From positions 1,984,001 through 2,048,000 of the forward strand of contig OZ251231.1 in the NCBI GenBank assembly GCA_965240325.2: a stretch of 64,000 nt of DNA, written 5' to 3'. The first letter of the stretch is position 1, and each line of letters starts with the position of its first letter. Source of the stretch: Rebecca billardiae RCC1528 (Eukaryota; Protista; Haptophyta). Of this stretch, positions 1-12,877 are shown one piece after another. Position numbers and translations under genes: made by a program. A model generated the notes under the pieces. It saw nothing but the letters and a program-made list of their open reading frames with translations. It was not told the DNA's origin and ran no database searches.

Positions 1-137
1 GGTAGTGGTGGCTGTACTACACATTGCCCACAAGGCACTGGCCAAGCTGGACCCTGCTCTCTTGCCCAGGACTGTGGGGTGGGCACCGGGTGAGCAGTGA
101 TGTGACCTGACTGCACCGAGTCTTAGGAGTGGCAGTA

Positions 138-935
138 CCTGGTGGATTTTCAGCCACCGGGATTCGGACATTTCGACTTAAGGCGAGACGGCGAGCACCG
201 AACCGTTTCCCTTAAGAAGAGCTGTACCCACCTGGTCGCATTGCACTATTCACGCGGCGCCTTCTGGGGCTTCGGGTCATTTTTGAGACTAGGACTTCTG
301 AGCGGCTGTGAATACTTTCGTAGGCCGCAAACGGCGCGGCTGGTATGGGTTTCCGACGGAATCTTACCTGTGAAGCGTGTTTCCAATAGTGTCCGCCACG
401 CCGCCGCCGTGAAGAAGGTATAAGCTGAACGGCGCGGCTCGTATTGGGTTTCCGACGGAATCTTACCTGCTGTAAAGAGTGTTTCCAATAGTGTCCGCCA
501 CGCCGCCAATAGTGTCCGCCACGCCGCCGCCGTGAAGAAGGTAAGCTCCTTACCTTCTTCACGGCGGCGGCGTGGCGGACACTATTGGAAACACTCTTTA
601 CATAAAGATTCCGTCGGAAACCCAATACGAGCCGCGCCGTTCAGCCGTTACACCTTCTTCACGGCGGCGGCGTGGCGCGGACACTATTGGAAACACGCTT
701 CACAGGTAAGATTCCGTCGGAAACCCATACCAGCCGCGCCGTTTGCGGCCTACGAAAGTATTCACAGCCGCTCAGAAGTCCTAGTCTCAAAAATGACCCG
801 AAGCCCCAGAAGGTGCCGCGTGAATAGTGCAATGCGACCAGGTGGGTACAGCTCTTCTTAAGGGAAACGGTTCGGTGCTCGCCGTCTCGCCTTAAGTCGA
901 AATGTCCGAATCCCGGTGGCTGAAAATCCACCAGG
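138..935. mobile_element. Foldback (palindromic) non-autonomous TIR element, copy 1, TA-flanked (Tc1/mariner-like MITE)
   Basis: TA|CCTGGTGGATTTTCAGCC...GGCTGAAAATCCACCAGG|TA. The ~400-bp arms are inverted around a centre at ~546-548 (GAAGAAGGTAAG-CTC-CTTACCTTCTTC). Confidence 0.85.
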
Positions 936-1335
936 TAGGCTTCATGGCACTGCTGTCACTATTAATAGTCGGTCAGGGTAGTCGTCTGAGTTATAAGATG
1001 GAACAGTGGATCATATATATGGGTCGATTTTTTTGGCTTCGGCGCACGGTGCGCCGATCTCGTCAACGAGCGGCCATCGTGAAAGCGCGCGAAAGTTGCG
1101 TTTGCGGGGGCTCGCGCTGCCGGGGTCGTGCGACGCGGGCGAAGGGCGCGCGGCCCCTGGCGCTGGTCGGCGGTGACGAGGACACCCAGGTGCGCCATCT
1201 CGCGCGCCGCCACGCCCCTCTCCGCCCACAAGGCACTGGCCAAGCTGGACCCTGCTCTCTTCCCCAGGACTGTGGGGTGGGCACAGGGTGAGCAGTGATG
1301 TGACCTGACTGCACCGAGTCTTAGGAGTGGCAGTA

Positions 1336-2133
1336 CCTGGTGGATTTTCAGCCACCGGGATTCGGACATTTCGACTTAAGGCGAGACGGCGAGCACCGAA
1401 CCGTTTGCCTTAAGAAGAGCTGTACCCACCTGGTCGCATTGCACTATTCACGCGGCGCCTTCTGGGGCTTCGGGTCATTTTTGAGACTAGGACTTCTGAG
1501 CGGCTGTGAATACTTTCGTAGGCCGCAAACGGCGCGGCTGGTATGGGTTTCCGACGGAATCTTACCTGTGAAGCGTGTTTCCAATAGTGTCCGCCACGCC
1601 GCCGCCGTGAAGAAGGTATAAGCTGAACGGCGCGGCTCGTATTGGGTTTCCGACGGAATCTTACCTGCTGTAAAGAGTGTTTCCAATAGTGTCCGCCACG
1701 CCGCCAATAGTGTCCGCCACGCCGCCGCCGTGAAGAAGGTAAGCTCCTTACCTTCTTAACGGCGGCGGCGTGGCGGACACTATTGGAAACACTCTTTACA
1801 TAAAGATTCCGTCGGAAACCCAATACGAGCCGCGCCGTTCAGCCGTTACACCTTCTTCACGGCGGCGGCGTGGCGCGGACACTATTGGAAACACGCTTCA
1901 CAGGTAAGATTCCGTCGGAAACCCATACCAGCCGCGCCGTTTGCGGCCTACGAAAGTATTCACAGCCGCTCAGAAGTCCTAGTCTCAAAAATGACCCGAA
2001 GCCCCAGAAGGTGCCGCGTGAATAGTGCAATGCGACCAGGTGGGTACAGCTCTTCTTAAGGGAAACGGTTCGGTGCTCGCCGTCTCGCCTTAAGTCGAAA
2101 TGTCCGAATCCCGGTGGCTGAAAATCCACCAGG
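1336..2133. mobile_element. Foldback TIR element, copy 2
   Basis: Same termini and TA flanks as 138..935. Confidence 0.85.
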
Positions 2134-2533
2134 TAGGCTTCATGGCACTGCTGTCACTATTAATAGTCGGTCAGGGTAGTCGTCTGAGTTATAAGATGGA
2201 ACAGTGGATCATATATATGGGTCGATTTTTTTGGCTTCGGCGCACGGTGCGCCGATCTCGTCAACGAGCGGCCATCGTGAAAGCGCGCGAAAGTTGCGTT
2301 TGCGGGGGCTCGCGCTGCCGGGGTCGTGCGACGCGGGCGAAGGGCGCGCGGCCCCTGGCGCTGGTCGGCGGTGACGAGGACACCCAGGTGCGCCATCTCG
2401 CGCGCCGCCACGCCCCTCTCCGCCCACAAGGCACCGGCCAAGCTGGACCCTGCTCTCTTCCCCAGGACTGTGGGGTGGGCACAGGGTGAGCAGTGATGTG
2501 ACCTGACTGCACCGAGTCTTAGGAGTGGCAGTA

Positions 2534-3331
2534 CCTGGTGGATTTTCAGCCACCGGGATTCGGACATTTCGACTTAAGGCGAGACGGCGAGCACCGAACC
2601 GTTTGCCTTAAGAAGAGCTGTACCCACCTGGTCGCATTGCACTATTCACGCGGCGCCTTCTGGGGCTTCGGGTCATTTTTGAGACTAGGACTTCTGAGCG
2701 GCTGTGAATACTTTCGTAGGCCGCAAACGGCGCGGCTGGTATGGGTTTCCGACGGAATCTTACCTGTGAAGCGTGTTTCCAATAGTGTCCGCCACGCCGC
2801 CGCCGTGAAGAAGGTATAAGCTGAACGGCGCGGCTCGTATTGGGTTTCCGACGGAATCTTACCTGCTGTAAAGAGTGTTTCCAATAGTGTCCGCCACGCC
2901 GCCAATAGTGTCCGCCACGCCGCCGCCGTGAAGAAGGTAAGCTCCTTACCTTCTTAACGGCGGCGGCGTGGCGGACACTATTGGAAACACTCTTTACATA
3001 AAGATTCCGTCGGAAACCCAATACGAGCCGCGCCGTTCAGCCGTTATACCTTCTTCACGGCGGCGGCGTGGCGCGGACACTATTGGAAACACGCTTCACA
3101 GGTAAGATTCCGTCGGAAACCCATACCAGCCGCGCCGTTTGCGGCCTACGAAAGTATTCACAGCCGCTCAGAAGTCCTAGTCTCAAAAATGACCCGAAGC
3201 CCCAGAAGGCGCCGCGTGAATAGTGCAATGCGACCAGGTGGGTACAGCTCTTCTTAAGGGAAACGGTTCGGTGCTCGCCGTCTCGCCTTAAGTCGAAATG
3301 TCCGAATCCCGGTGGCTGAAAATCCACCAGG
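2534..3331. mobile_element. Foldback TIR element, copy 3
   Basis: Same termini and TA flanks as 138..935. Confidence 0.85.
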
Positions 3332-5152
3332 TAGGCTTCATGGCACTGCTGTCACTATTAATAGTCGGTCAGGGTAGTCGTCTGAGTTATAAGATGGAAC
3401 AGTGGATCATATATATATGTATATATACATATATATATATATGTATATATATTGATGATGAACTTATCTTTGGTAAGTTGCCACTGCCAGTGTTGCCACG
3501 CCGACTTAATTAAGATGACCTTGGATACTCTATGATCTCGAGGCTCGAGCGCCGGATAGTGGAAAGGAGCGGGTACTTTACTACTTACAGAGGAGCCAGT
3601 GTGGTTGGCCGATATGAAAGGACCCGAGCCGGCCGCCATGATGATGATAAAGGTAGCTCAGTGGCCGATGAGCTGCTCCGGAAATCGACTGCAATTACCT
3701 GCAGGACCTAGAAAGAAGACCGGATGGCGCGGCCCTTGTCCACCAGCTGCGCGTCGCCTTTCCAACCTCCCGACACACTCGGTTATGACCGCCGGTTCCG
3801 CGGTCCTTTTCCGTAGAACGAACGTAGTTCGGGGCCCGCGGTGGCGGTGCACCCTCCGTCGCAGTCGTCCCGTACGTAACTAGACTCCATCCAGCGGCGC
3901 GCCGCCCAGCGCCGCGCCGCCGCCGGCCCGGCCGGCCGGCCGGGCGCGGGCGCGTCGGCGGCTGGCATGCGCCGAGTGTGGATGTCGGTCGTCGGCCGAG
4001 CTGACCTCATCACAGACGGTCCTTACCTGACCCCCTGCGCGTGCGCGACGGCCGACAGGCGGATGCGACTCGGCGTGATCGACGCACGAGCGCGACTCTT
4101 GCACGACAGGCCACCGGCGGAGCTGACTGACAGACAGGGAGCCGACGGCGCGGGACCGCGGATTCGACTTCGTTCGGGCCTGCCGCTCACCGTCGTCGCC
4201 GCGACGCCAGCAGCGCAGGAGTAGATGATCTGCAGGTCAGTAGGGTTCGACCTGCGCGCCTGCGCGACGGCCGACAGGCGGGCGCGAGGCGTGAGCGACT
4301 CATGAGCGCGACTCTACGTGCACACCAGGCCCACGCGGCCGAGCTGACTGACCGAGCCAGGGAGCACGGTGCGAGCAGCCATGCAGCACCGGTGCTTGCA
4401 CGCGCCGCGCGTGCACGGGGTGACACACCTCGGTCAGGCTCGGCACGCGTCGTAGAGGCACGGCCAGCTCTGGGCACGCCAGGCGCCCAGGCCACGCGGA
4501 GCTGACAGCCACTGGGAGCCGACGGCGCGGGGCCGCGGCCAGTTCGACTTGCGCCTGCTCTGAAGAAGAGTTCTGGGAGACCCTGGCGGAGAGGCATGGC
4601 AAGGGGGGCGTGTGGTGAAGTCGGAGACTCAGAGATCGATCAGTCCGGCATCATGCGCCGCTGCCCCCGAGCTTGCGAGAGCCCGAACACAGGGCGGCGG
4701 CTGCGGCGGCGGCTCGCGGCCGCGCGGCCGGCCGCGCAGGCATCGACAGGGCGCGGCAGGGGCGTGCGGAGTGAGTAGTGAGCGGGCACGAACGCGATGT
4801 CGACGGCCGTCGGGACCCGCCGCAGACGCGCGCTCCAGGCGCCACTCGGCACTCGCCACGCGCACCTGCCCATCGATCGCCCCCTTGGACCGTTGTCCGT
4901 TGGACGCCGAGAGTCGTCGCGGCTCGCTCGCCACCCCCGAACGCATCACGGCTCAAAACCTGCACACGTCCTTGCGACGGCGGCAGGTTTTGAGCTCGCC
5001 CGCTCGGTAAGTCAGTGACTATGGAATGGGCTGGCAACGAATAGCAGTGCGGGTATTTTCAATAAGGCTTGCGGGTTTAGTAGACTCTAGATACCAACCG
5101 CCGCGAAGCCAAGTTCGTATTCATCAAGGTGGAGGCAAACTATCATTCTCCC

Positions 5153-5300
5153 GATGGCTCATTGATGAATACCAGTTGTCACGAAGCGGTGGATTCGTTC
5201 TCCTGATGGATCATTGATGAATACCAGTTGTCACGAAGCGGTGGATTCGTTCTCCTGATGCGGTGGATTCGTTCTCCTGATGGCTCATTGATGAATACCA
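5153..5300. repeat. ~52-bp tandem repeat (about 2.5-3 copies)
   Basis: GATGG(C/A)TCATTGATGAATACCAGTTGTCACGAAGCGGTGGATTCGTTCTCCT is repeated. Confidence 0.85.
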
Positions 5301-5424
5301 ATTTGTGAGATGGCGACGATCAGGTTACGAAGCGGTCGTACGCGGGCTTGCTCAAAACCTACCGACGGGACGGCTGGTAGGTTTTGAGCTCGGCGACTAT
5401 GAAATGGGCGGGCAACGAATAGCT

Positions 5425-6318
5425 GACCCGTTGCAAGGGCGGTACCGCCCTTGCCCGTTGCAAGCGTGAGCGCCGAAAAAACGACACTTCTGCGGCCTAG
5501 AGTTACGACGATAGATAGTCATGCCGGCGGCGGCGGCGGCGGCGGGAGCGTAACAGTGCGTCTACCATCACCTTCCGTTTAGCGCGCTACGCCGCGCGTG
5601 CCGGGTAGTGCCCCCGGCCCGCCGCAGCAGCAGTCGACAAGTAGTGAAGAGACGATGACCGCGGACGCAGTGCCGCAGTACAGCCTGCATCCACTTTGAC
5701 AGCGCGGCGCGCACTGTAGTTGCACTTGCAGCGCTCGCGCTCAGCGAGCATGGGCGTGCGCTCAGGCGTGTCAAGTGCTGTGTCGTCGGCGCGCTTTCGC
5801 CTGCCACCTCGCGCACCCGTGCACGCAGCTTCATCGTCTTCATGAGGACTGCTGTGCTGCTGTCGCCATCACCCGAGTCCGCGGTCGCGCGGCGCGCGCG
5901 GTGGCAGCTGTGCACCGCAGAGTGTCACCGCTGCTGCTTCGCAGCAGTCGTCAGCAGTTGCGTCGTCATCCTCCTCGTCGTCGGCTTCCACTGCCGCAAG
6001 AGGGAACGCTGCCAAAGCTGCAGTTGGGAGGCAAGCCCTTCTCTCTTCCCACCGCGGCGCGCGCGTTGTGACAGCCCTCCCCGTTTGGCTTCTCTTGACC
6101 ACCTGCTGAGGGTTTTGCAGCTCGATCTCGGCAACGGCACCACCTGGCGACGAACGGATTGGATTGTGCACGGGGAATTGGATTCCCCGTGCACCAATCC
6201 GCTCGGTTCGTCGCGCCTGGCCGCCATCGCCCAGCGCTAGTTGCAAAACCGTATTTTCACCGGTACGTCGCATTTTTATCACCGCCCTACCTACGGTCAC
6301 TCACCCGTGCAACGGGTC
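5425..6318. mobile_element. Non-autonomous TIR element nested in X1, apparent 4-bp AGCT TSD
   Basis: AGCT|GACCCGTTGCA...TGCAACGGGTC|AGCT. It interrupts a motif (CAACGAATAGC..TGCGGGTATTTTCAAT) that is intact at ~5036-5063. Confidence 0.7.
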
Positions 6319-6625
6319 AGCTGCGGGTATTTTTCAATGTCTCGCACTAATTGGAGTTGGTGAGAGTCGTTCTTGCGGCGGCGAGGCCATATTTATTTAC
6401 TATGGTCACACATGAACGACTGAGTCCACCCGTAAGTAATTACTCACCCCGTCGGACACTTGGTTGGGCGTGGGTTTCGTTGATTCCTCTGTTCACTATT
6501 CAAGACGGCGGCCGCGTCCTTTTTCGACGCAGAATGCACCTGTAAGGGAGTCTCAATTCTCAAAATCGAAACTCGGTCTCGGCTCCAGCCGCCTGGAAAA
6601 CACCGCCCCGTCCCTTTTTCTTTTA

Positions 6626-8574
6626 CCAGGTCGTTCCCCGTGCACTGGGAATCCGCGGTTTCGCCCTATTCAGAGCGCGAGGCCGCGGCATAGCAACGCA
6701 GATTTAGTCTTCCGCTTCGTCTATCAGACCACTTGAACGATCTAATCGAGCTTTCCAATTGAAAATGACGAAACTAGATCCATCCATTGGAGAAGCCAAA
6801 TCCCGAGCGCGGCAAAGCCGTGGAACGCAGTAATCAGCCTCGTCAGCGATAGTCCGCTCACGAAATCGATGCGCTGGAAATGAGTTCTTCGTGTGCAACC
6901 TGGAGGCGGGAGCCCTCCGCCGCGGGTGCGGAGCACCGATTCTGACCCGCCCCCTGCGGCTGCGGCCGGGCACGAGTGCGATGCCGCTGGCCCCGGCTGG
7001 GGGGCGCGCCCGGGCCAGGGCACTGCGGGCGCGGATGTGCTCGCGGAGCCGGCGTGCGTGGACGGGCTGTTGCGGGAGAGTATCTGCCGCCCTCCTGCGC
7101 CGTGCGACTTGCGCCACGCCTCTTTCGCCTCGGCTCAGGGCAGCGCACACGCGCGCGCCGCCTCCGAAGGCCAGCCTTGCCTGCGCCGCAGCCGGTCGCG
7201 CGCGCGCCGTGCGCGGCGTGGTCGGGAAGGAACGGGGGGTGCTGCCGGGCGAGATGGCGACATCATGTGCGCACGCCATGCCGCCGCGCCACGCCTTGCC
7301 GAGCGTGTCGCCGGTCCGTTTGCACGCCTCTTCCAGTTGTCACAAATGGTGTCAGGTGTGCCGCACGGCCTCGCGGTCGTGACCGCTGGGGGGCGCGCCC
7401 GGGCCAGGGCGCTGCGGGCGCGGATGTGCTTGCGGAGCCGGCGTGCGTGGACGGGCTGTTGCGGGAGAGTATCTGCCGCCCTCCTGCGCCGCGCGACTTG
7501 CGCCACGCCTCTTTCGCCTCGGCTCAGGGCAGCGCGCACGCGCGCGCGCCGCCTCAAGGCCAGCCTTGCCTGCGCTGCAGCCGACCGCGCGCGCGCCGTG
7601 CGCGGCGTGGTCGGGAAGGAACGGGCGCGGCTGCCGGGCGAGATGGCGATATCATGTGCGCACGCCATGCCGCCCCGCCACGCCTTGCCGAGCGTGTCGC
7701 CGGTCCGTTTGCACGCCTCTTCGAGTTGTCACAAATGGTGTGCACGCGGCCTCGCGGTCGTGACCGCCTTGTCGGGACGATCATTGAGACACAGAACAGT
7801 GCCAGACGGGCACGCGGGAAACTCTTACATGAATGTTCATCACTGCGTGGTCATGTAGAAGTGCTGGGTGCGACGCTTTCCTCGCGCGGATGCACTTTCA
7901 TCATCTTCTTCGAGCTCAGGTCTGGCTTCAGGCACGACAAGAAAGCAGCACTCGTCAACAGCTGTGCGGATCCGTTATCGTGCCCTTTCGCGGCGCCGCG
8001 GGGCGGCATGGCGTGCGCACATGATGTCGTCATCTCGCCCGGCAGCACCCCCCGTTCCTTCCCGACCACGCCGCGCACGGCGCGCGCGCGGTTGGCTGCG
8101 GCGCGGCAGTGCTCGGGCCTCGAGGCGGCGCGCGCGTGCGCGCTGCCCTGAGCCGCGGCGAAAAGAGGCGTGGCGCGAGACGCGCGGCGCAGGAGGGCGC
8201 CAGATACTCTCCCGCGACAGCCTGTCCACGCAAGCCGGCTCCGCGAGCACATCCGCGCCCGCAGCGCCGTGCGGCGTGCCCCGGGCGCGCCCCGCCAACG
8301 GCGCTCGGCCGCCTTGCCGCTGCCCGCCTGCCGCCGAGGGCAAAAGGTCAAGATTTGGTCGGCCCTCGCCTGCCGAGCCGCCACCGGGGGCTCCGCCCTG
8401 CCTTCTATCTCGTTGCGGCTCAATTTTGGGATTGCGAGACCAGCTCATCGATTGACGCACATCCGCACCCGCGAGACCTGAAAATCTTATTCGCGGGTAG
8501 CGACGGGTGCGTCCTGCGGCTGTTTTTCTCGTATGTCCAAACCGCGGATTCCCAGTGCAGGGGGAACGACCTGG
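6626..8574. mobile_element. TA-flanked TIR element (~36-bp TIR) nested in the 5' end of X1
   Basis: TA|CCAGGTCGTTCCCCGTGCACTGGGAATCCGCGGTTT...AAACCGCGGATTCCCAGTGCAGGGGGAACGACCTGG|TA. The uninterrupted equivalent site is in X3 (~34921-34950). It holds an internal ~385-bp direct duplication (~6996-7766) and an inverted copy (~8005-8295). Confidence 0.85.
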
Positions 8575-8685
8575 TAGATCAAAGATCTTTATTTTGAAAC
8601 GTGGTCGGTGGTTAGTGCCCGCGTCGCGGGCTCCACGCTGCGCGTTCCGCCCTGCACCGCGGGCCATAACTCCGTTATAACGCCA

Positions 8686-11269
<2,584 letters not shown>

Positions 11270-12870
11270 TGATCGGCTACGCCGATCTTCGGGTAGTGAA
11301 CAACGAAGTTGAGGGCGCACGGCCCTAGTTGTGTCTACTAGTTCGGTCGTCGCGTTCCGTTTGACACGATGACGAATCACGCACTGTCATCATCACTGTG
11401 AGTCAAGTGCTCGTGAGCGGACAGACGTACGTGAGCGGTCGTGAGCCGAGCCGCAGCTCCAGATGACTAACTACGCCGGTATTGCCGCGACCGCCTCGGG
11501 CTCGGCTCCGAGATCTCACGCCCATCGAGTTCTCGCATCTGTTCCACGCGAGGCGGTCGGACGTGCGCCCGTCGGACGGTCGCTTCGCGTGCCGAGTCAC
11601 CTCCTTGTGCGCGTCGTACAGCACCGACAGCGTCGCGCACACTGGTGGCGAGCGCCTGCGCACACGTACTTCGACAAGTACATCGCCACCGCCTCGCCCG
11701 CGGCGCCCGCGCCGATGCAGTACGGGACTTCGTTCGAGCGGACGCACGAGCTCAGCGCCACGTTGTAGTCGGTGATGAGCCCGTTGCGGCAGGCCACGTC
11801 GCGCGAGGCCCACAGCTCGAGCAGTTGGCGCAGCTGCGCGATTCGCGTCTCCGTCCGGGCCGCCTGCTGCAGCTTGTGGAACACGCAGTCGCGCTCTCGC
11901 GCGTGGAGGGCGGACCTGCGCGTATGCGCCCGCCGCGCGTGCCGCTTCATCCGCTGGCACCGCACGCGAGCCACTCGTCGTTCACAGTGCAGCTCGATTG
12001 CCCGCTCCGCGCCGGTGGCACCGCGGAGCCGGCGCCCACGCCTCGCGCTCTTGCTCCGAGCTGAGGCGGTGCGTGTCGCCCGAGTCGGCGGGTTGCGGGG
12101 TTCGTGCGCGCGCGCGTCTTGGGCAGCCTCGCGCGTGCGCCCGCCGCGCGCCCCGCGTCGCTCGCTGGCGCCGCACGCGAGCCGCTCGTCACCGGCGACC
12201 GACCCTGGCGACCGAGAGGTCAAGCATCGCGCACACACGGTCAGCCTTGATGGACGCACCCGTGCAGCCGGAAGGCAGCATCAGCCTGCCCAAGACGTGA
12301 GCATCCAGCCCCGACGCCGCGTCCGGTGCCTGAATGGCGCGCGCTTCTTTCACGCGGGAATGTGCTCACTACATCACTATCCAGAAGGGCGCATGTCAGT
12401 GCTTTTCATGCTCACACGACCCTCGCCGTAGGTCGATGCCAACCGCTGCGTGATGCTCGATCATGCCCGTTTTGACGGCTGTGTGACCCGTGCAGATGCG
12501 CATGCCAGGCAGCGTACTGTTACGAGTGATGACGCGTGCATAAAGTATACCTGGACATTGCCCAGTTCAACCGCAAGTGCCGGACGCCGACGCCGCTGCT
12601 CGCAGCACGCGTGCAGTCAGCCGAGGAATGCACACGACTTCCTTGTTGTTGCGGCGCACGCGATGGCCTGAGGCGCGGCGGATGCAGTGACTCCGAACGG
12701 CGAGCGGCAGAACAACGCAAATGGGCGAATGGCTGCTCTTCAGCCGCGCTCAACCACGCGCACCGCCTTCGCGGGCACTCAACTACCGGCAGGAGGGCGC
12801 GCAGTCGGCGCCCATCTCGCCCTCCGGCGCCCCCCAGCGCGCTGTCAGAGTGCAGCCGCCAGCGGCAGAG
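11270..12870 (-). mobile_element. Helitron-like element, family Y copy 1 (3' end only; upper boundary approximate)
   Basis: Terminal hairpin GATCGGC-TAC-GCCGATC, then TTCGGGTAGTGAACAACGAAGTTGAGGGCGCACGG. It matches the ends at 19884 and 50421 and contains the Rep remnant. Confidence 0.7.
11480..12000 (-). pseudogene. Frameshifted Helitron Rep (HUH Y2) domain remnant
   Basis: RNGLITDYNVALSSCVRSNEVPYCIGAGAAGEAVAMYLSKYV resembles the Helitron/Helentron Rep C-terminal block (N.YN..L....R.N.D...I.SG..A....YxxKY). It continues in another frame as ATLSVLYDAHKEV. Confidence 0.7.
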
Positions 12871-12877
12871 GTTGGTG

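Larger units (their letters stand above)
26..3418. repeat. Tandem array with 1198-bp period, structure A-B-A-B-A (A ~990 bp, B ~205 bp)
   Basis: Near-identical ORFs recur at 142/1340/2538 and 902/2100/3298. The copies differ by a few SNPs. The array ends in a (TA)n tract. Confidence 0.95.
3786..8666 (-). mobile_element. Helitron-like non-autonomous element, family X copy 1, with two nested insertions
   Basis: Low end TA|TGACCGCCGGTTCCGCGGTC (hairpin), followed by the shared spacer and GGCCCGCGG. High end TGCACCGCGGGCCA|TA. Homologous to the 8804 and 33426 copies. Confidence 0.75.

Noticed and set aside
26-3418. LTR/TRIM tandem array (A as LTR)
   Set aside because: No convincing tRNA primer-binding site, the purine tract is on the wrong side, TG start is present only in the first copy, and no TSD was found.
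142-3639. Short ORFs in the palindromic repeats
   Set aside because: They are mirror-image products of the palindrome with no recognisable domains.
5153-5300. CRISPR-like array
   Set aside because: The repeats are contiguous with no unique spacers, there are no cas genes, and the context is eukaryotic.
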